DNA of 51,957 nt. It comes from Candidatus Amesbacteria bacterium GW2011_GWC2_45_19. GTDB taxonomy: Bacteria > Patescibacteriota > Microgenomatia > CAZETR01 > Amesbacteraceae. The notes below the pieces were generated by a model, which was not told where the DNA came from, did no database searches, and saw nothing but the letters and a program-made list of their open reading frames with translations. The DNA lies in the NCBI GenBank assembly GCA_001001555.1, contig LCKS01000003.1, positions 1-51,957 on the forward strand, in the 5' to 3' direction. This document shows, piece after piece, positions 18,575 through 28,659 of the stretch (position 1 is its first letter; each line of letters opens with the position of its first letter). A program made the translations under genes and the position numbers.

Positions 18575-20366
18575 GGGATTCTAGTTTTTGACGGATAGGA
18601 GCGATGTCTGTGGAAGAAAGTTGTTTTTTAGGATCGTGGTAAGTGAGGCGGAGGGTAAGTTTGTTTTCAAACTTATCTATAAGTTCGATTTGATTAATTA
18701 AACTGCTGATTTTTTTGATGCGGGCGACGATGGCGGCATAATTGCCGGTATAGGCCACATTGATATCTTCGATGATGGGGGGAAATTGAGAGATAATCGA
18801 GTAGGGATTGGTAAAACGCGGGAGCTGGGGTAAGAGTTGATCGACATTAATTTCTGCGCAAAAGATATTTTTCTGGGCAGTAATTTGAGGTTTAAGAGCG
18901 GTTCCTAAAAGCGCGGCTAGTTTTTGTATAACTCCGGTGAGGTCCTGAAGACGGACTTTGAGACTAGCGACACCAATCCCAAGCATCAAGCTTTCGGAGA
19001 ATTTGCTTTTGGATTTGCAGAAAACCTTGCCGATTTCAAAGATGGCTACCCGCGGTTGGTTGAAATTGAGCCAGCGGGTGGCGTATTGGGATAGCCCGGG
19101 CATAAGGCTGGTGCGCAGAACAGCGGCATCCGGGTCCGGGGGGTTGACGAGCCTAGCTGACGCGGGCGTGGCGAAACGGTTGCTAATGATAGGTAAGGTA
19201 ATAACCTCATTTAGACCGAGGGAGATAAGATGACGGCGCAGTTTTTCCTGGATAGAATATGAAGGGTAGGTTTGAGGAGCGGGGATGGCGCCGGAGAGCG
19301 GAGTTGAAGGAATGCGGTCGTATCCGTGAAGGCGCAAAACTTCTTCGACTAAATCTGCCGATTGTTCAATATCGGTGCGGAAAGAAGGGACGGTAACTTT
19401 GGGCAAAGCCACCTGGAATTCCAGACGGGCGAGAATGCCGGAAATTTCTGACGGGGGGATGTTGATTCCTCCTAGACGGACAACTTCTGCCGGGTCAAAA
19501 TTGATGACGACTTGACTTGGGGTTTGAGGATAGTAATCGGAAACTAAGCTGGTGGATTTGGCAGAGGCCAGTTCTTGAAGTAAGTAATAAGCCCTTTCTA
19601 AAGCCCAGATGACTTGAGCGGGGTGTAATAATTTTTCGTGGCGGGTGGAAGCGTCGGTAGTGATCTTTAGGCGGCGGGCGCAGCGGCGGCAATTGGCTTG
19701 ATTATAAACTGCCGATTCTAGGAGAATTTCGGTAGTGTGGTCAGTAACTTTGGAATGCAGGCCGCCGATCATGGTTAAAGCTTGGGGTTTTTCGGCGTCG
19801 CAGATAACTAAATCCTCTGATGTTAAATAAAGAACCTGGCCTTGGTGGATGGTGTGAAACTTTTCGCCTTTTTTGGCCCGGCGCAAAATGAGCCGGCGGC
19901 CTGACAGCTGGTCCAGGGCAAAGGCGTGCAGAGGCTGTCCAGTTTCGATCATGACATAGTTGGTAATATCTACGACATTATTGATGGCGGGCACGCCCCA
20001 GGCGGCTAAACGTTCGACCAGCCATGACGGAGAGGGTCTGACCTTAACCGCCAGGGTAAATCCGGTGTAACGAGTGACCAAGTCAGAGGCGGATTGGTCT
20101 ACGTTGACCAGAGGCGATTTTTTGTCTGTTTTTGGCAATGGAGTTGTGGGTGGAGACTGGAGACGGGTGTTAAAAATGGCCGCTACTTCGCGGGCCACAC
20201 CCACCAACCCCAGCATATCCGGCCTGTTGCCCCTAAGTTCCAGATCGATGCCGTTGGCGATAGTCTTGTCCAACATGTGCCCGACGGAAGTCAGTTTGTC
20301 CGTCAAATCGGAGACACGGGTGGGCAATTTGACGTACTCGGATAACCATTTGAGAGGAACAATCAT
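18567..20366 (-). CDS. pheT: phenylalanyl-tRNA synthetase beta subunit (compact)
   Basis: NRPDMLGLVGVARE, NNVVDITNY, DLVEEVLRLHGY. Confidence 0.95.
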   Translation of the reverse strand: MIVPLKWLSEYVKLPTRVSDLTDKLTSVGHMLDKTIANGIDLELRGNRPDMLGLVGVAREVAAIFNTRLQSPPTTPLPKTDKKSPLVNVDQSASDLVTRYTGFTLAVKVRPSPSWLVERLAAWGVPAINNVVDITNYVMIETGQPLHAFALDQLSGRRLILRRAKKGEKFHTIHQGQVLYLTSEDLVICDAEKPQALTMIGGLHSKVTDHTTEILLESAVYNQANCRRCARRLKITTDASTRHEKLLHPAQVIWALERAYYLLQELASAKSTSLVSDYYPQTPSQVVINFDPAEVVRLGGINIPPSEISGILARLEFQVALPKVTVPSFRTDIEQSADLVEEVLRLHGYDRIPSTPLSGAIPAPQTYPSYSIQEKLRRHLISLGLNEVITLPIISNRFATPASARLVNPPDPDAAVLRTSLMPGLSQYATRWLNFNQPRVAIFEIGKVFCKSKSKFSESLMLGIGVASLKVRLQDLTGVIQKLAALLGTALKPQITAQKNIFCAEINVDQLLPQLPRFTNPYSIISQFPPIIEDINVAYTGNYAAIVARIKKISSLINQIELIDKFENKLTLRLTYHDPKKQLSSTDIAPIRQKLESLI

Positions 20367-21361
20367 ATTTTATATATGAGATCGCCGTTGTATAAAGCCC
20401 GGATGTCTCTCAGACCATAACGGGTCATGACAATGCGGTCCAGACCCATACCCCAGGCAAATCCGGAATATTTACGTGGGTCAAGGCCGACTTTTTTGAA
20501 CATGTTAGGGTGAATCATGCCGGCCCCTAACATTTCGATCCAGCCGCGGTTTTTGCAGACGGCGCACCCCCGGCCTTTGCAGAATTCGCAATCGGTGTCT
20601 ACACCGACTCCCGGTTCGACTTCGGGGTAATACTTGCAGCGGAAGCGGGTTTTTCGATTAGGTCCGAAAAACTTTTTGACAAAAGTGTCTAGAGTCCACT
20701 TGAGATTGGCCAGGGTGATCCCCTCTCCGACAGCGACTCCTTGGTATTGATAAAACATCATGTGGTTGCTGGCGTTGACGTTTTCGTAGCGGTATGACTT
20801 GCCGGGAAAGACGAAACGGTAGGGAGGCTGGTGGTCGGCTAGAATATGGGCTTCGACAGAACTGGTGTGAGTGCGCAAAAGCACATCCGGTTCGCGCAGA
20901 TATAGGGAATCCTGAAGATTACGGGCCGGATGATCGGGAGGAAGATTCAGCCGGTTGTAGTTGAATTCGTCATTCTCAATTTCCGGACCATCCGCTACGG
21001 AAAAGCCCAGAGACTGAAAGATGTCATTCATTTCTTCAGCCACAGCGGAGATGGGATGGGGCAAACCGACGGCGATGGGAGTGCCCGGAAGAGTGAGGTC
21101 CTCCTTAATTTCTAATTTCAAATTTCTAATTTCTAATTTCGAATTTAGAGCATCGGTAATGGCGGTTTTGGCGTCGTTGAACAGCTGGCCGATTTCAGAG
21201 CGTTCTTCCGGAGTTAATTTTGGCAGCTCTTTGGCTGCTTCTGCCAGCGCTCCCTTTTTGCCCAGATAGTGAGTGCGCAGGTTTTCTAGCTCTTCGGGAT
21301 TAGTGGCCTGAATAATCTGGGCCAGGGCCTCATTTTTTAAATTCTGGAGTTTCTCCCGCAT
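20363..21361 (-). CDS. pheS: phenylalanyl-tRNA synthetase alpha subunit
   Basis: HPAR, LLRTHTS, GFAWGMGLDR. Confidence 0.96.
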   Translation of the reverse strand: MREKLQNLKNEALAQIIQATNPEELENLRTHYLGKKGALAEAAKELPKLTPEERSEIGQLFNDAKTAITDALNSKLEIRNLKLEIKEDLTLPGTPIAVGLPHPISAVAEEMNDIFQSLGFSVADGPEIENDEFNYNRLNLPPDHPARNLQDSLYLREPDVLLRTHTSSVEAHILADHQPPYRFVFPGKSYRYENVNASNHMMFYQYQGVAVGEGITLANLKWTLDTFVKKFFGPNRKTRFRCKYYPEVEPGVGVDTDCEFCKGRGCAVCKNRGWIEMLGAGMIHPNMFKKVGLDPRKYSGFAWGMGLDRIVMTRYGLRDIRALYNGDLIYKI

Positions 21362-21375
21362 GAAGAGATTATACT

Positions 21376-21669
21376 TTAAGCGGCGGCTGCTCCAAAAGTA
21401 GCAATTTCAAGTTTTTCGATGCGGTCCGTGCGATCGCTCATTTGGCCGGAAAGGACTGTTTGTTCCTCGTCGAACTTTTTGAATTGACCGGCGATGTCTG
21501 TTAGTTGGGTAATAACCGTGTCAACCTTTTGTTCTAAACCGTCAAATCTTTGTTCTAAACCGTCAAATCTTTGTTCTAAACCGTCAAATCTTTGTTCTAA
21601 AGGCTCAAGTGCGGAATGGATTTCTTCTTTAACAACGTCTCTAATGATTTGGCGAGTGATGGAGGGCAT
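21376..21669 (-). CDS. coiled-coil heptad-repeat protein
   Basis: (LEQRFDG)x3. Confidence 0.7.
   Translation of the reverse strand: MPSITRQIIRDVVKEEIHSALEPLEQRFDGLEQRFDGLEQRFDGLEQKVDTVITQLTDIAGQFKKFDEEQTVLSGQMSDRTDRIEKLEIATFGAAAA
21528..21601. repeat. 21-bp tandem repeat x3.5
   Basis: TTTGTTCTAAACCGTCAAATC repeated exactly. Confidence 0.9.
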
Positions 21670-21678
21670 GGATTTACT

Positions 21679-22017
21679 CTAAACTTTGAGTTTAACCTTG
21701 TCAACGATCTGTTTAAAGGTTTCGGGTTGGCGGACGGCCAGGTCAGCCAGAATTTTGCGGTCCAGGCCGGTTTTAGCAAGGTGAGGCATGAATTTGGAAT
21801 AAGTTAGTCCAAGAGCCCGGAGGGCGGCGTTGAGGCGAATGATCCAGGTGCGGCGGAGATCGCGGCGGCGCAGGCGGCGGCCAAAGAAAGCGTATTGGCC
21901 GGCGTGGATGGTCGCTTCGTGAGCGACCTTGTACAGCCGGTGTTTAGTCATGCGGTAACCCTTGGCTAATTTAAGAACCTTATTATGCCGTTGGCGGCGG
22001 GGGGATTTGACACGCAT
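21679..22017 (-). CDS. rplT: 50S ribosomal protein L20
   Basis: [23 protein letters not shown]. Confidence 0.95.
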   Translation of the reverse strand: MRVKSPRRQRHNKVLKLAKGYRMTKHRLYKVAHEATIHAGQYAFFGRRLRRRDLRRTWIIRLNAALRALGLTYSKFMPHLAKTGLDRKILADLAVRQPETFKQIVDKVKLKV

Positions 22018-22018
22018 A

Positions 22019-22213
22019 TTATTTACCTAAAATTAACTTAATTTTACGAGCTCGAACTACGGGAAGTAACTTAACTTTTTTGTAGCGGCGGCGCGCTTGG
22101 GCTGATTTGTGGGAGCGCAGATGGCCGCGGAAAGAACTGCGGTGCAGAACTTTGCCGCGGGCGGTAACGCGAAAACGCTTGGAAATAGATTTTTTAGTTT
22201 TTAGTTTTGGCAT
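22019..22213 (-). CDS. rpmI: 50S ribosomal protein L35
   Basis: [17 protein letters not shown]. Confidence 0.95.
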   Translation of the reverse strand: MPKLKTKKSISKRFRVTARGKVLHRSSFRGHLRSHKSAQARRRYKKVKLLPVVRARKIKLILGK

Positions 22214-22724
22214 TTTTGATGGGTGATAAGGTAGCTATATATTGGCGGCCGAACCATTTGGGTTGCTGGTCGACGGCGGAAATATCGGAAAGCAACTGGA
22301 AAGCGCGCTGCATGATTTTATCGCCAAATTCTTTGTGGCCTAATTGGCGGCCGACGAATTTGACAGCGACGCGCAGTTTGTGGCCGTCTGTAAGAAATTC
22401 ACGTCCCCGGTTAATTTTAACCGAAAAATCGTTTTCGGCCATGAATGGGGTAAGGCGGATTTCTTTGAGATCGACCTTTTTTTGGGTAGATTTAGCGGCC
22501 CGTTCTTTCTTGGACAGCTGGTATTGAAATTTTTTGTAATCAATCAGCTTAACTACGGGAGGGACCGCTAGAGGCGCGATTTCAACCGCGTCTACCCCAG
22601 CTGTTTTGGCTTGGGAAAGTGCTTCTTCGCGAGCGACAACTCCGACTTGGGTTCCGTCTTCCCGCAGCAGGCGCACCTCCTTGGCTTGGATTTGGGCGTT
22701 AGTGCGGTAATGTGTCGTACTCAC
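22194..22724 (-). CDS. infC: translation initiation factor IF-3
   Basis: PPVVKLIDYKKF, KEIRL, VKFVGRQ. Confidence 0.95.
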   Translation of the reverse strand: MSTTHYRTNAQIQAKEVRLLREDGTQVGVVAREEALSQAKTAGVDAVEIAPLAVPPVVKLIDYKKFQYQLSKKERAAKSTQKKVDLKEIRLTPFMAENDFSVKINRGREFLTDGHKLRVAVKFVGRQLGHKEFGDKIMQRAFQLLSDISAVDQQPKWFGRQYIATLSPIKNAKTKN

Positions 22725-24436
22725 TAGACTTTGGCTATTATATCAGCTGTGACGCCCGAAATAAACTCTGCAATAGGTTTAGTGACGTTTTCTTTGTCCC
22801 CGCGGTGACGGATTGAGATTAATCCAGCCTCGGCCTCGCGGTTACCGACGACCAGGATATAGGGAATTTTTTGCATTTCGGCGTCCCGCACTCGCGCCGG
22901 TAGCGGCTCGTTCCGCAAAACTAATTCACAACGAATGTTAGCTAATTTCAACGAATCCAAAACCTTTTGGGCGTAATCGGCGTGTTTGTCGGAAATGGGC
23001 AGAATGACGGCCTGAACCGGCGCCAGCCAAAGCGGAAATGCCCCGCCGTAGTGTTCGATTAATATGCCAATGAACCTTTCTAATGATCCGTAAATGACTC
23101 TGTGAATGGTTACTGGAGTTTTTTGAGTTCCATCTGCAGCCGTATATTGGAGTTTGAATCGGCGGGGTTGTTGAAAGTCTAGCTGAACTGTTCCCATTTG
23201 CCACTCCCGTCCCAACGAATCCTTCATTAAAATGTCTACTTTTGGTCCGTAGAAAGCTCCGTCACCGTCAAGAATGGAATACTCTTTGCCGCTGTCTTCT
23301 AGGATCTTCTTTAAAGTAGCTTCGGCTTTGTCCCAAGTAGCTACGTTACCCATGAAATTCTCAGGATTCCTGGTGCCTAATCTGAAGGAATATTTAAGGT
23401 TAAAAACGGAGTAGAAACGTTCGACGATATCGAAGACCTCTTTGTATTCTGATTTAATTTGATCTTTTGAAACATAGATGTGGGCATCATCTTGGCGAAA
23501 TTCCCGAACTCGAAAAAGCCCGTTCAAGACACCCGATCTTTCATAGCGGTGCAATGAGTCTGTGTCGGAAAGCCTTAAAGGCAAATCTCTGTAACTTCTG
23601 GTTTTGGAGCCAAAAACCACATGTGCATTGGGGCAGTTCATAGCTTTGACGCCATATTCCCCTTCGTCATCTGTTTTAGCAACAAACATCTCGCTCCAGT
23701 AGTGATCGTAGTGACCTGAAGTGATATAGAGCTCTTTTTTGTTCAGAATAGGCGAAACTATTTCCTGATAACCTCTACTTTTGTGCTCCCGGCGCCAGAA
23801 ATTGACTAATTCATTGTAAATTATGACGCCTTTCGGAAGCCAATATGGCATGCCCGGGGCTGTTTCGTGGAACATAAAAAGTTCCAGAGCGGGGCCAAGT
23901 TTTTTGTGATCTCTCTTTTTGGATTCTTCCAACATAGTCAGATATTCGTCTAATTCTTTCCGGGTGGAGAAGGCAGTGCCGTAAATGCGGGAGAGCATCT
24001 TATTCTTCTCATTGCCACGCCAATAAGCCCCAGCTATAGATAGAAGCCTGAAATGTTTGAGTTCTTTAGATGGATGTTCACAATGACCGCCGCGGCATAA
24101 ATCGGTAAAGCTGCCGCTTTGGTAAATAGTTATTGGTTCATGGTTCTTAGTCAGATCAGCGATAAGCTCCAGCTTGTAGGAGTTATGGCTAAATTGTTGC
24201 ATGGCCTTCTGATCGTTGACTTCGATTTTTTTGAATTCACTCCATGATTTGACTAGTTCGTGCATTTTGGTTTCAATGCGGGGCAGATCTTCTCCGGAAA
24301 TTTTCAGATTATCGAAGTCGTAGTAAAAGCCGTTGTCGATAGCCGGGCCGATAGTAGGTAGAGCCTTGGGATAGAGATCCAATACAGCCGCCGCTAGCAG
24401 ATGGGCGCATGAGTGACGGAGGTTGTCGTAGTTCAC
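22724..24436 (-). CDS. thrS: threonyl-tRNA synthetase (no N-terminal TGS domain)
   Basis: RHSCAHLLA, DLCRGGH, KAMNCP, GAFYGPK, GSLERF. Confidence 0.96.
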   Translation of the reverse strand: MNYDNLRHSCAHLLAAAVLDLYPKALPTIGPAIDNGFYYDFDNLKISGEDLPRIETKMHELVKSWSEFKKIEVNDQKAMQQFSHNSYKLELIADLTKNHEPITIYQSGSFTDLCRGGHCEHPSKELKHFRLLSIAGAYWRGNEKNKMLSRIYGTAFSTRKELDEYLTMLEESKKRDHKKLGPALELFMFHETAPGMPYWLPKGVIIYNELVNFWRREHKSRGYQEIVSPILNKKELYITSGHYDHYWSEMFVAKTDDEGEYGVKAMNCPNAHVVFGSKTRSYRDLPLRLSDTDSLHRYERSGVLNGLFRVREFRQDDAHIYVSKDQIKSEYKEVFDIVERFYSVFNLKYSFRLGTRNPENFMGNVATWDKAEATLKKILEDSGKEYSILDGDGAFYGPKVDILMKDSLGREWQMGTVQLDFQQPRRFKLQYTAADGTQKTPVTIHRVIYGSLERFIGILIEHYGGAFPLWLAPVQAVILPISDKHADYAQKVLDSLKLANIRCELVLRNEPLPARVRDAEMQKIPYILVVGNREAEAGLISIRHRGDKENVTKPIAEFISGVTADIIAKV

Positions 24437-24451
24437 GATATCTATTTTATA

Positions 24452-24802
24452 TCAATTTGCGGCGGAAATGCCAACTGCATCTTCAAGTCTTTTAATTTTG
24501 CCTCTAAGTTCGATTTCAACACTAGTGACTGCCAGGATAATGCTGTTTTCGGAACCCTCGATCATTTGTTTGATTTCCACTCGGGTAGCGAATTGCTTGA
24601 GGTCGTCTTTGGTAGCGTATTTAGCATCCTGGCGTTTTTCCATGGCAACGAGTTTGCTGTCAACCCGTTTTTCCATGGTGGATAGATCATTTTTAGTAAC
24701 GTATTTAGCATCCTGGCGTTTTTCCATGGCAACGAGGTCGTCTTTGGTGGCGAAAACTGACTTGAGGAGTTTGATATCGTCTTGATTAAGCGTTGCAGAC
24801 AT
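24452..24802 (-). CDS. repeat-containing coiled-coil protein (ATKDDL type)
   Basis: ATKDDL / MEKRQDAKY repeats; 37-bp exact repeat at 24616-24652 and 24700-24736. Confidence 0.7.
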   Translation of the reverse strand: MSATLNQDDIKLLKSVFATKDDLVAMEKRQDAKYVTKNDLSTMEKRVDSKLVAMEKRQDAKYATKDDLKQFATRVEIKQMIEGSENSIILAVTSVEIELRGKIKRLEDAVGISAAN

Positions 24803-24838
24803 GTGTTTATGATAACACCTTTATTGGCGTGTCAAGAC

Positions 24839-24915
24839 TGGTGGACTGTGGAGGACTCGGACCTCCGGCCTTTCGAATGTGAATCGAACGCTCTAGCCAA
24901 CTGAGCTAACAGTCC
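24839..24915 (-). tRNA. tRNA-Val(CAC)
   Basis: GGACTGT acceptor, TTCGA-TTCACAT-TCGAA anticodon arm, CCA encoded; T-loop TCCGAGT. Confidence 0.92.
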
Positions 24916-24919
24916 GTCT

Positions 24920-26236
24920 TTATATTTTATCAGAAGAGAAGAAGTGGTGACTGAAAGCCAAGCCTTTTTTAATTAGGTCAAGGCGGAAGTTTTCGTTGGC
25001 TCCATGCATATTACAATCTTCGTTTCCAAAGGGAACAGAAATGGTGTCGGTGCCAAAAGTTGCTTTGACATCCGAGATAAAAGGGATGGCTCCTCCTACA
25101 TATTTGAGGAGCGGTTTTTGGCCATAAACCCGAGTAAGGATGTCGGCGACGGACTTGAAAATCGGCTGGGACGTATTAAGCTTTACCGGATTGTGTATGC
25201 CGGCGGATGTAATTTCGTATTTTACGTATTTGGGGGTGTGCTGGGCGACGAATTTTTTGAACAAGGCGAGAATGTCTTTTGGCCTTTGGGAAGCAACGAT
25301 ACGAAAGTTGATTCTGGCTTCGGCTGTAGCAGGAACAATATTGGCATAGCCGGCGTCGATATACCCAGATTTGAGACCGGTAATTTGCAAGGTGGGCCGC
25401 AAACCGGTCTGGGTGTAGACGTTGAGGCCAGGTTCCATGAGCAGTTTTTTGACACCAAAGATTTCAAGAGGGTTGGCTGAGATTTTAAGCAGCTGCCGGT
25501 TGTTGGCTTTTTGGGCCGAGGTAATAGGATCCACATCTTGATATAGCCTGGTGAATTTTGGCAGGGTGGACAGGAAGCGGGAGAGCTCAAGAGCAGCATT
25601 GGGAACGGCTCCTCCGGCCAGGCCGGAATGAAGATTATTGGCGGCGGTGGTGTATTTGAGAGTGAGGTTAAATCCTCCCCGGAGCGACGATTCGATTACG
25701 GGACTGTCGCCGACAAGCTCGCCGTCCGAAACTAAAACGTAATCGGATTTTAGTTTTGTTTTGTTTTTACGCATGATACCCGGCAGGTCGGGGTTGGAGG
25801 TTTCCTCATTACCCTCAATCAGAAATTTGACGTTCAAGGCGAGTTTTTGCTGTTTGATTAATTGAAGAACAGAAAAAATATGAATTAAGACTTGGCCCTT
25901 GTTGTCGAGCACTCCCCTGCCCCACAACCGGCCTGCTTTGGAAACAAGACTGAAGGGGTCGGAATTCCAGCTGTCGGATCGGTCGGCGGGCTGGACGTCG
26001 TAGTGGCCGTAGACGAGGACGGTAGGTAGTGAGTTGTGGGTGGTGAGATGAGCTAAGACGATGGGATTACAGGATGGGCCGTTAAAAGTTTCGACATCAA
26101 AGCCGTGTTGGGTGAACAACTGCTTTAACCAATTAACTGTTTTAGTGATTTCCGGCGCGAAAGCCGGATCGGTGGAAATACTCTTGCAGGCAACGAATTG
26201 CGTCAGCAGTTTTTTAAATTCGTCCACTGTTTGCAT
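24920..26236 (-). CDS. M20-family dipeptidase
   Basis: YGHYDVQP, GRGVLDNKG, EGNEE, HSG, HGANE. Confidence 0.92.
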   Translation of the reverse strand: MQTVDEFKKLLTQFVACKSISTDPAFAPEITKTVNWLKQLFTQHGFDVETFNGPSCNPIVLAHLTTHNSLPTVLVYGHYDVQPADRSDSWNSDPFSLVSKAGRLWGRGVLDNKGQVLIHIFSVLQLIKQQKLALNVKFLIEGNEETSNPDLPGIMRKNKTKLKSDYVLVSDGELVGDSPVIESSLRGGFNLTLKYTTAANNLHSGLAGGAVPNAALELSRFLSTLPKFTRLYQDVDPITSAQKANNRQLLKISANPLEIFGVKKLLMEPGLNVYTQTGLRPTLQITGLKSGYIDAGYANIVPATAEARINFRIVASQRPKDILALFKKFVAQHTPKYVKYEITSAGIHNPVKLNTSQPIFKSVADILTRVYGQKPLLKYVGGAIPFISDVKATFGTDTISVPFGNEDCNMHGANENFRLDLIKKGLAFSHHFFSSDKI

Positions 26237-26951
26237 ATTCTTTTGATGGACTGATTTTAACAGGTAATGGGGTGAGTTTTACGACTTTATATTCGACTAG
26301 TTTTTTGAAGAGAATTTCGCACTCCGATTCAGCTTGGGCAGCCTTTTCTTGGTCGGTTCTTTTATCGTGCTTAACGTAACCAAGCTCAGCTTCTTTAACT
26401 CTTGCACCTGCGAGATAAGCGTCGATGAGGACACCAATAGTGACGTATCTATTCCCGATTTTTTCGGGAAATATAAATTCTCGCCTGATAGCAAAAAGTC
26501 CTGATAGAGGTTGAGATAGTTTGCTAAGTTCTGGAATAAATCTGCGCAGGAGTGGCCTAACTAAATACTCGGTGATTCTACCAAAGTTTTCGAACCCTCC
26601 CATTACGAGATCGGCGTAATCGTCGACAATCGGATTGATAAGGTTTGAGATCATTTCAGGTTGAGCGGATTCGATATCTGCGTCGAAAAAAACTAGAATT
26701 GGGCTATTGGAGTTTCTGATACCGGTCTTCCAGGCATTTCCTTGGCCTAAGTTTTGAGAGTGTGAGATGCATTTGACTCGAGAGTCTTTTGTGGAGAGTG
26801 CAATTTTTCTAGTATTGTCTGTTGAGCCATCGTCTATGACAACAATTTCCTTTGCTTGGGTTTGAAGTAACACGTCAAGTACATGTCCAATAGTCTTGGC
26901 CTCGTTGTGGGCAGGTACGATGATGGAGAAATTTTGACGGAGATCAGCCAT
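26214..26951 (-). CDS. GT2 glycosyltransferase (glucosyl-3-phosphoglycerate synthase-like)
   Basis: VPAHNEA, DDGSTD, FFDAD, GRITEYLVRPLL, QPLSG. Confidence 0.85.
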   Translation of the reverse strand: MADLRQNFSIIVPAHNEAKTIGHVLDVLLQTQAKEIVVIDDGSTDNTRKIALSTKDSRVKCISHSQNLGQGNAWKTGIRNSNSPILVFFDADIESAQPEMISNLINPIVDDYADLVMGGFENFGRITEYLVRPLLRRFIPELSKLSQPLSGLFAIRREFIFPEKIGNRYVTIGVLIDAYLAGARVKEAELGYVKHDKRTDQEKAAQAESECEILFKKLVEYKVVKLTPLPVKISPSKEYANSGRI

Positions 26952-27611
26952 AGAAAATGTCGGTAATTTTAAAGGCTTCTGCGTAGTCGCCCTTTTTGTA
27001 CATCACTCCACGAAAACGATTGAGACCTAAAAAGGCGTCTACCAGGGGCTTACGCTGTATTTGGGATCCGTACGAAAGAAATATTTTTTCTTTGCTTCAA
27101 TTACGTCTGATATGTCTTCGCTGTGATTAGGATCAGCCATGGGCTTGTCTCCTTCAGCTTCCCAAAGCTGCTTGACTTTGTGAGATTGTCCACATTGGGG
27201 AAAGGCGGCCCTGCCAGAATGCCAGATAGCTCTTTTTACAATTCTAGCTATGAGAGTGTGTTCTGAATGGTAATCGGCTTCTTGAAGAATTATCACGACG
27301 TCAGGTTTGAACTCTCTAATTTCTTTGACACAAGGTAGAACAGTTTCATACGACAACTGAGGATAGTGTGGAAAATTGAGATACGACCATTTAGCCTTAA
27401 GTTTTTTGGCTGCAGTCCTGAATTCTTTGAGCCGAGTATCCCTTTCTGTTTCTCCCGAGAATTCAAATCTAGGTTCATAAGGATCGACACACAACACTAA
27501 CTTGACGGTTCCGCCGTTTTTTACAGTCTTGATTAAATACCCTCCAGCTCCGGCGATTTCATCGTCTGGATGAGCTGAAAAAAACATAACTTTTTGATGT
27601 TTTGTGATCAT
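26944..27611 (-). pseudogene. PIG-L/LmbE-family deacetylase with a frameshift
   Basis: AHPDDE and HSEH motifs; after the A6 run at 27084-27089 the -1 frame gives SYGSQ...RFRG...YAEAF and ends at TGA overlapping the GT2 start. Confidence 0.8.
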
Positions 27612-28606
27612 AGAACTTGGTAATTTAGCAAGGGGTTAAGATCGCCGCCTAGAATTGATTGAGAAATGGTGGTGGGTCGGCCTGCCCAATACCTTTGAGC
27701 ACCCTCTACTTCTTCCCATCGAATATCAACTGTTTGGTGTTTGGCAAGCTTACTTTGAGCAAACTCATTTACTAGTTGCGGAAGGGGTTCTGGCGAAAGT
27801 GACCAGACAAACGAGATTTGCAGCAATTTAAGCATTAGTCCAGGCACATACTGATCTCTAAGCTCGATTTGCTTGTCTAAGTATCCAAGCCCTGTATATG
27901 CAAGTACAAATCCTTGTGCGCACAGCTCGAGAACTAACGCTTTGCCCTTTGGTACCACAACTCCATCAGGGTGCCGGGAGTATTCGTGTCTGTGGCCCCG
28001 GTTGTCAATTGACCAATAGCGATGCTTTCCCAACTCATTTATAAGAAGCGGAGGATTATTTGAGAAAAAATCTACCAAACTTTGATGACGGTCGATTCCG
28101 TGAGCGTGGCCCATAGATCGATAAATGTCATCAATGGTATGGCAACTCTGGAGGGCATCGATCCATTGGTTAGCCCTATAGTCAGACTCTTTGGCTATCC
28201 CGAGGATAGCGCCTACTGTTCTGGCCCAATTGGCCTCGCGAATAAGAAGATCTTTTACAAGACTTGCTAAGTGGTAATTTTGCCTTTCTGAATGTATGGT
28301 TTGAGAAGTATTTGGACCTGTCAGATGCGATAGCCCACTAGGAGCTTTATGAAAACTCCTGACGTTCCCAATTTCTACTCCCGGGACGGAAGGGGACCAT
28401 GGATTTTTTGAGGCAAGACTCCAATAATCAGTCCAGCCGTTTTTTGTGGAGGGGGTTGAACTCCCGTTTTGTTTCCATGGAGCGTCTGCGTCTTGAACAA
28501 GATATATATATGGGAGGCCCGCGGCGGCAACCGCCTGCATTCTAAGCCATCCCCCGGTCCAAGGGGATTGATCTCCTAAGATTATTCTGTTTTCGGTATT
28601 TGTCAT
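27608..28606 (-). CDS. unknown protein, weak BshC/WbqC-like N-terminal motif
   Basis: 332-aa ORF with ATGA coupling to the deacetylase; IILGDQSPWTGG...YLVQDAD. Confidence 0.6.
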   Translation of the reverse strand: MTNTENRIILGDQSPWTGGWLRMQAVAAAGLPYIYLVQDADAPWKQNGSSTPSTKNGWTDYWSLASKNPWSPSVPGVEIGNVRSFHKAPSGLSHLTGPNTSQTIHSERQNYHLASLVKDLLIREANWARTVGAILGIAKESDYRANQWIDALQSCHTIDDIYRSMGHAHGIDRHQSLVDFFSNNPPLLINELGKHRYWSIDNRGHRHEYSRHPDGVVVPKGKALVLELCAQGFVLAYTGLGYLDKQIELRDQYVPGLMLKLLQISFVWSLSPEPLPQLVNEFAQSKLAKHQTVDIRWEEVEGAQRYWAGRPTTISQSILGGDLNPLLNYQVL

Positions 28607-28609
28607 AAC

Positions 28610-28635
28610 AAAAAACCTCCCCTTTTTGGGGAGGT
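28610..28635 (-). terminator. intrinsic terminator immediately before the operon start (attenuator)
   Basis: ACCTCCCC-AAAAA-GGGGAGG-TTTTTT, 3 nt before ATG 28606. Confidence 0.75.
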
Positions 28636-28659
28636 GTACTTTGAAAATTTAAGTTAAGT

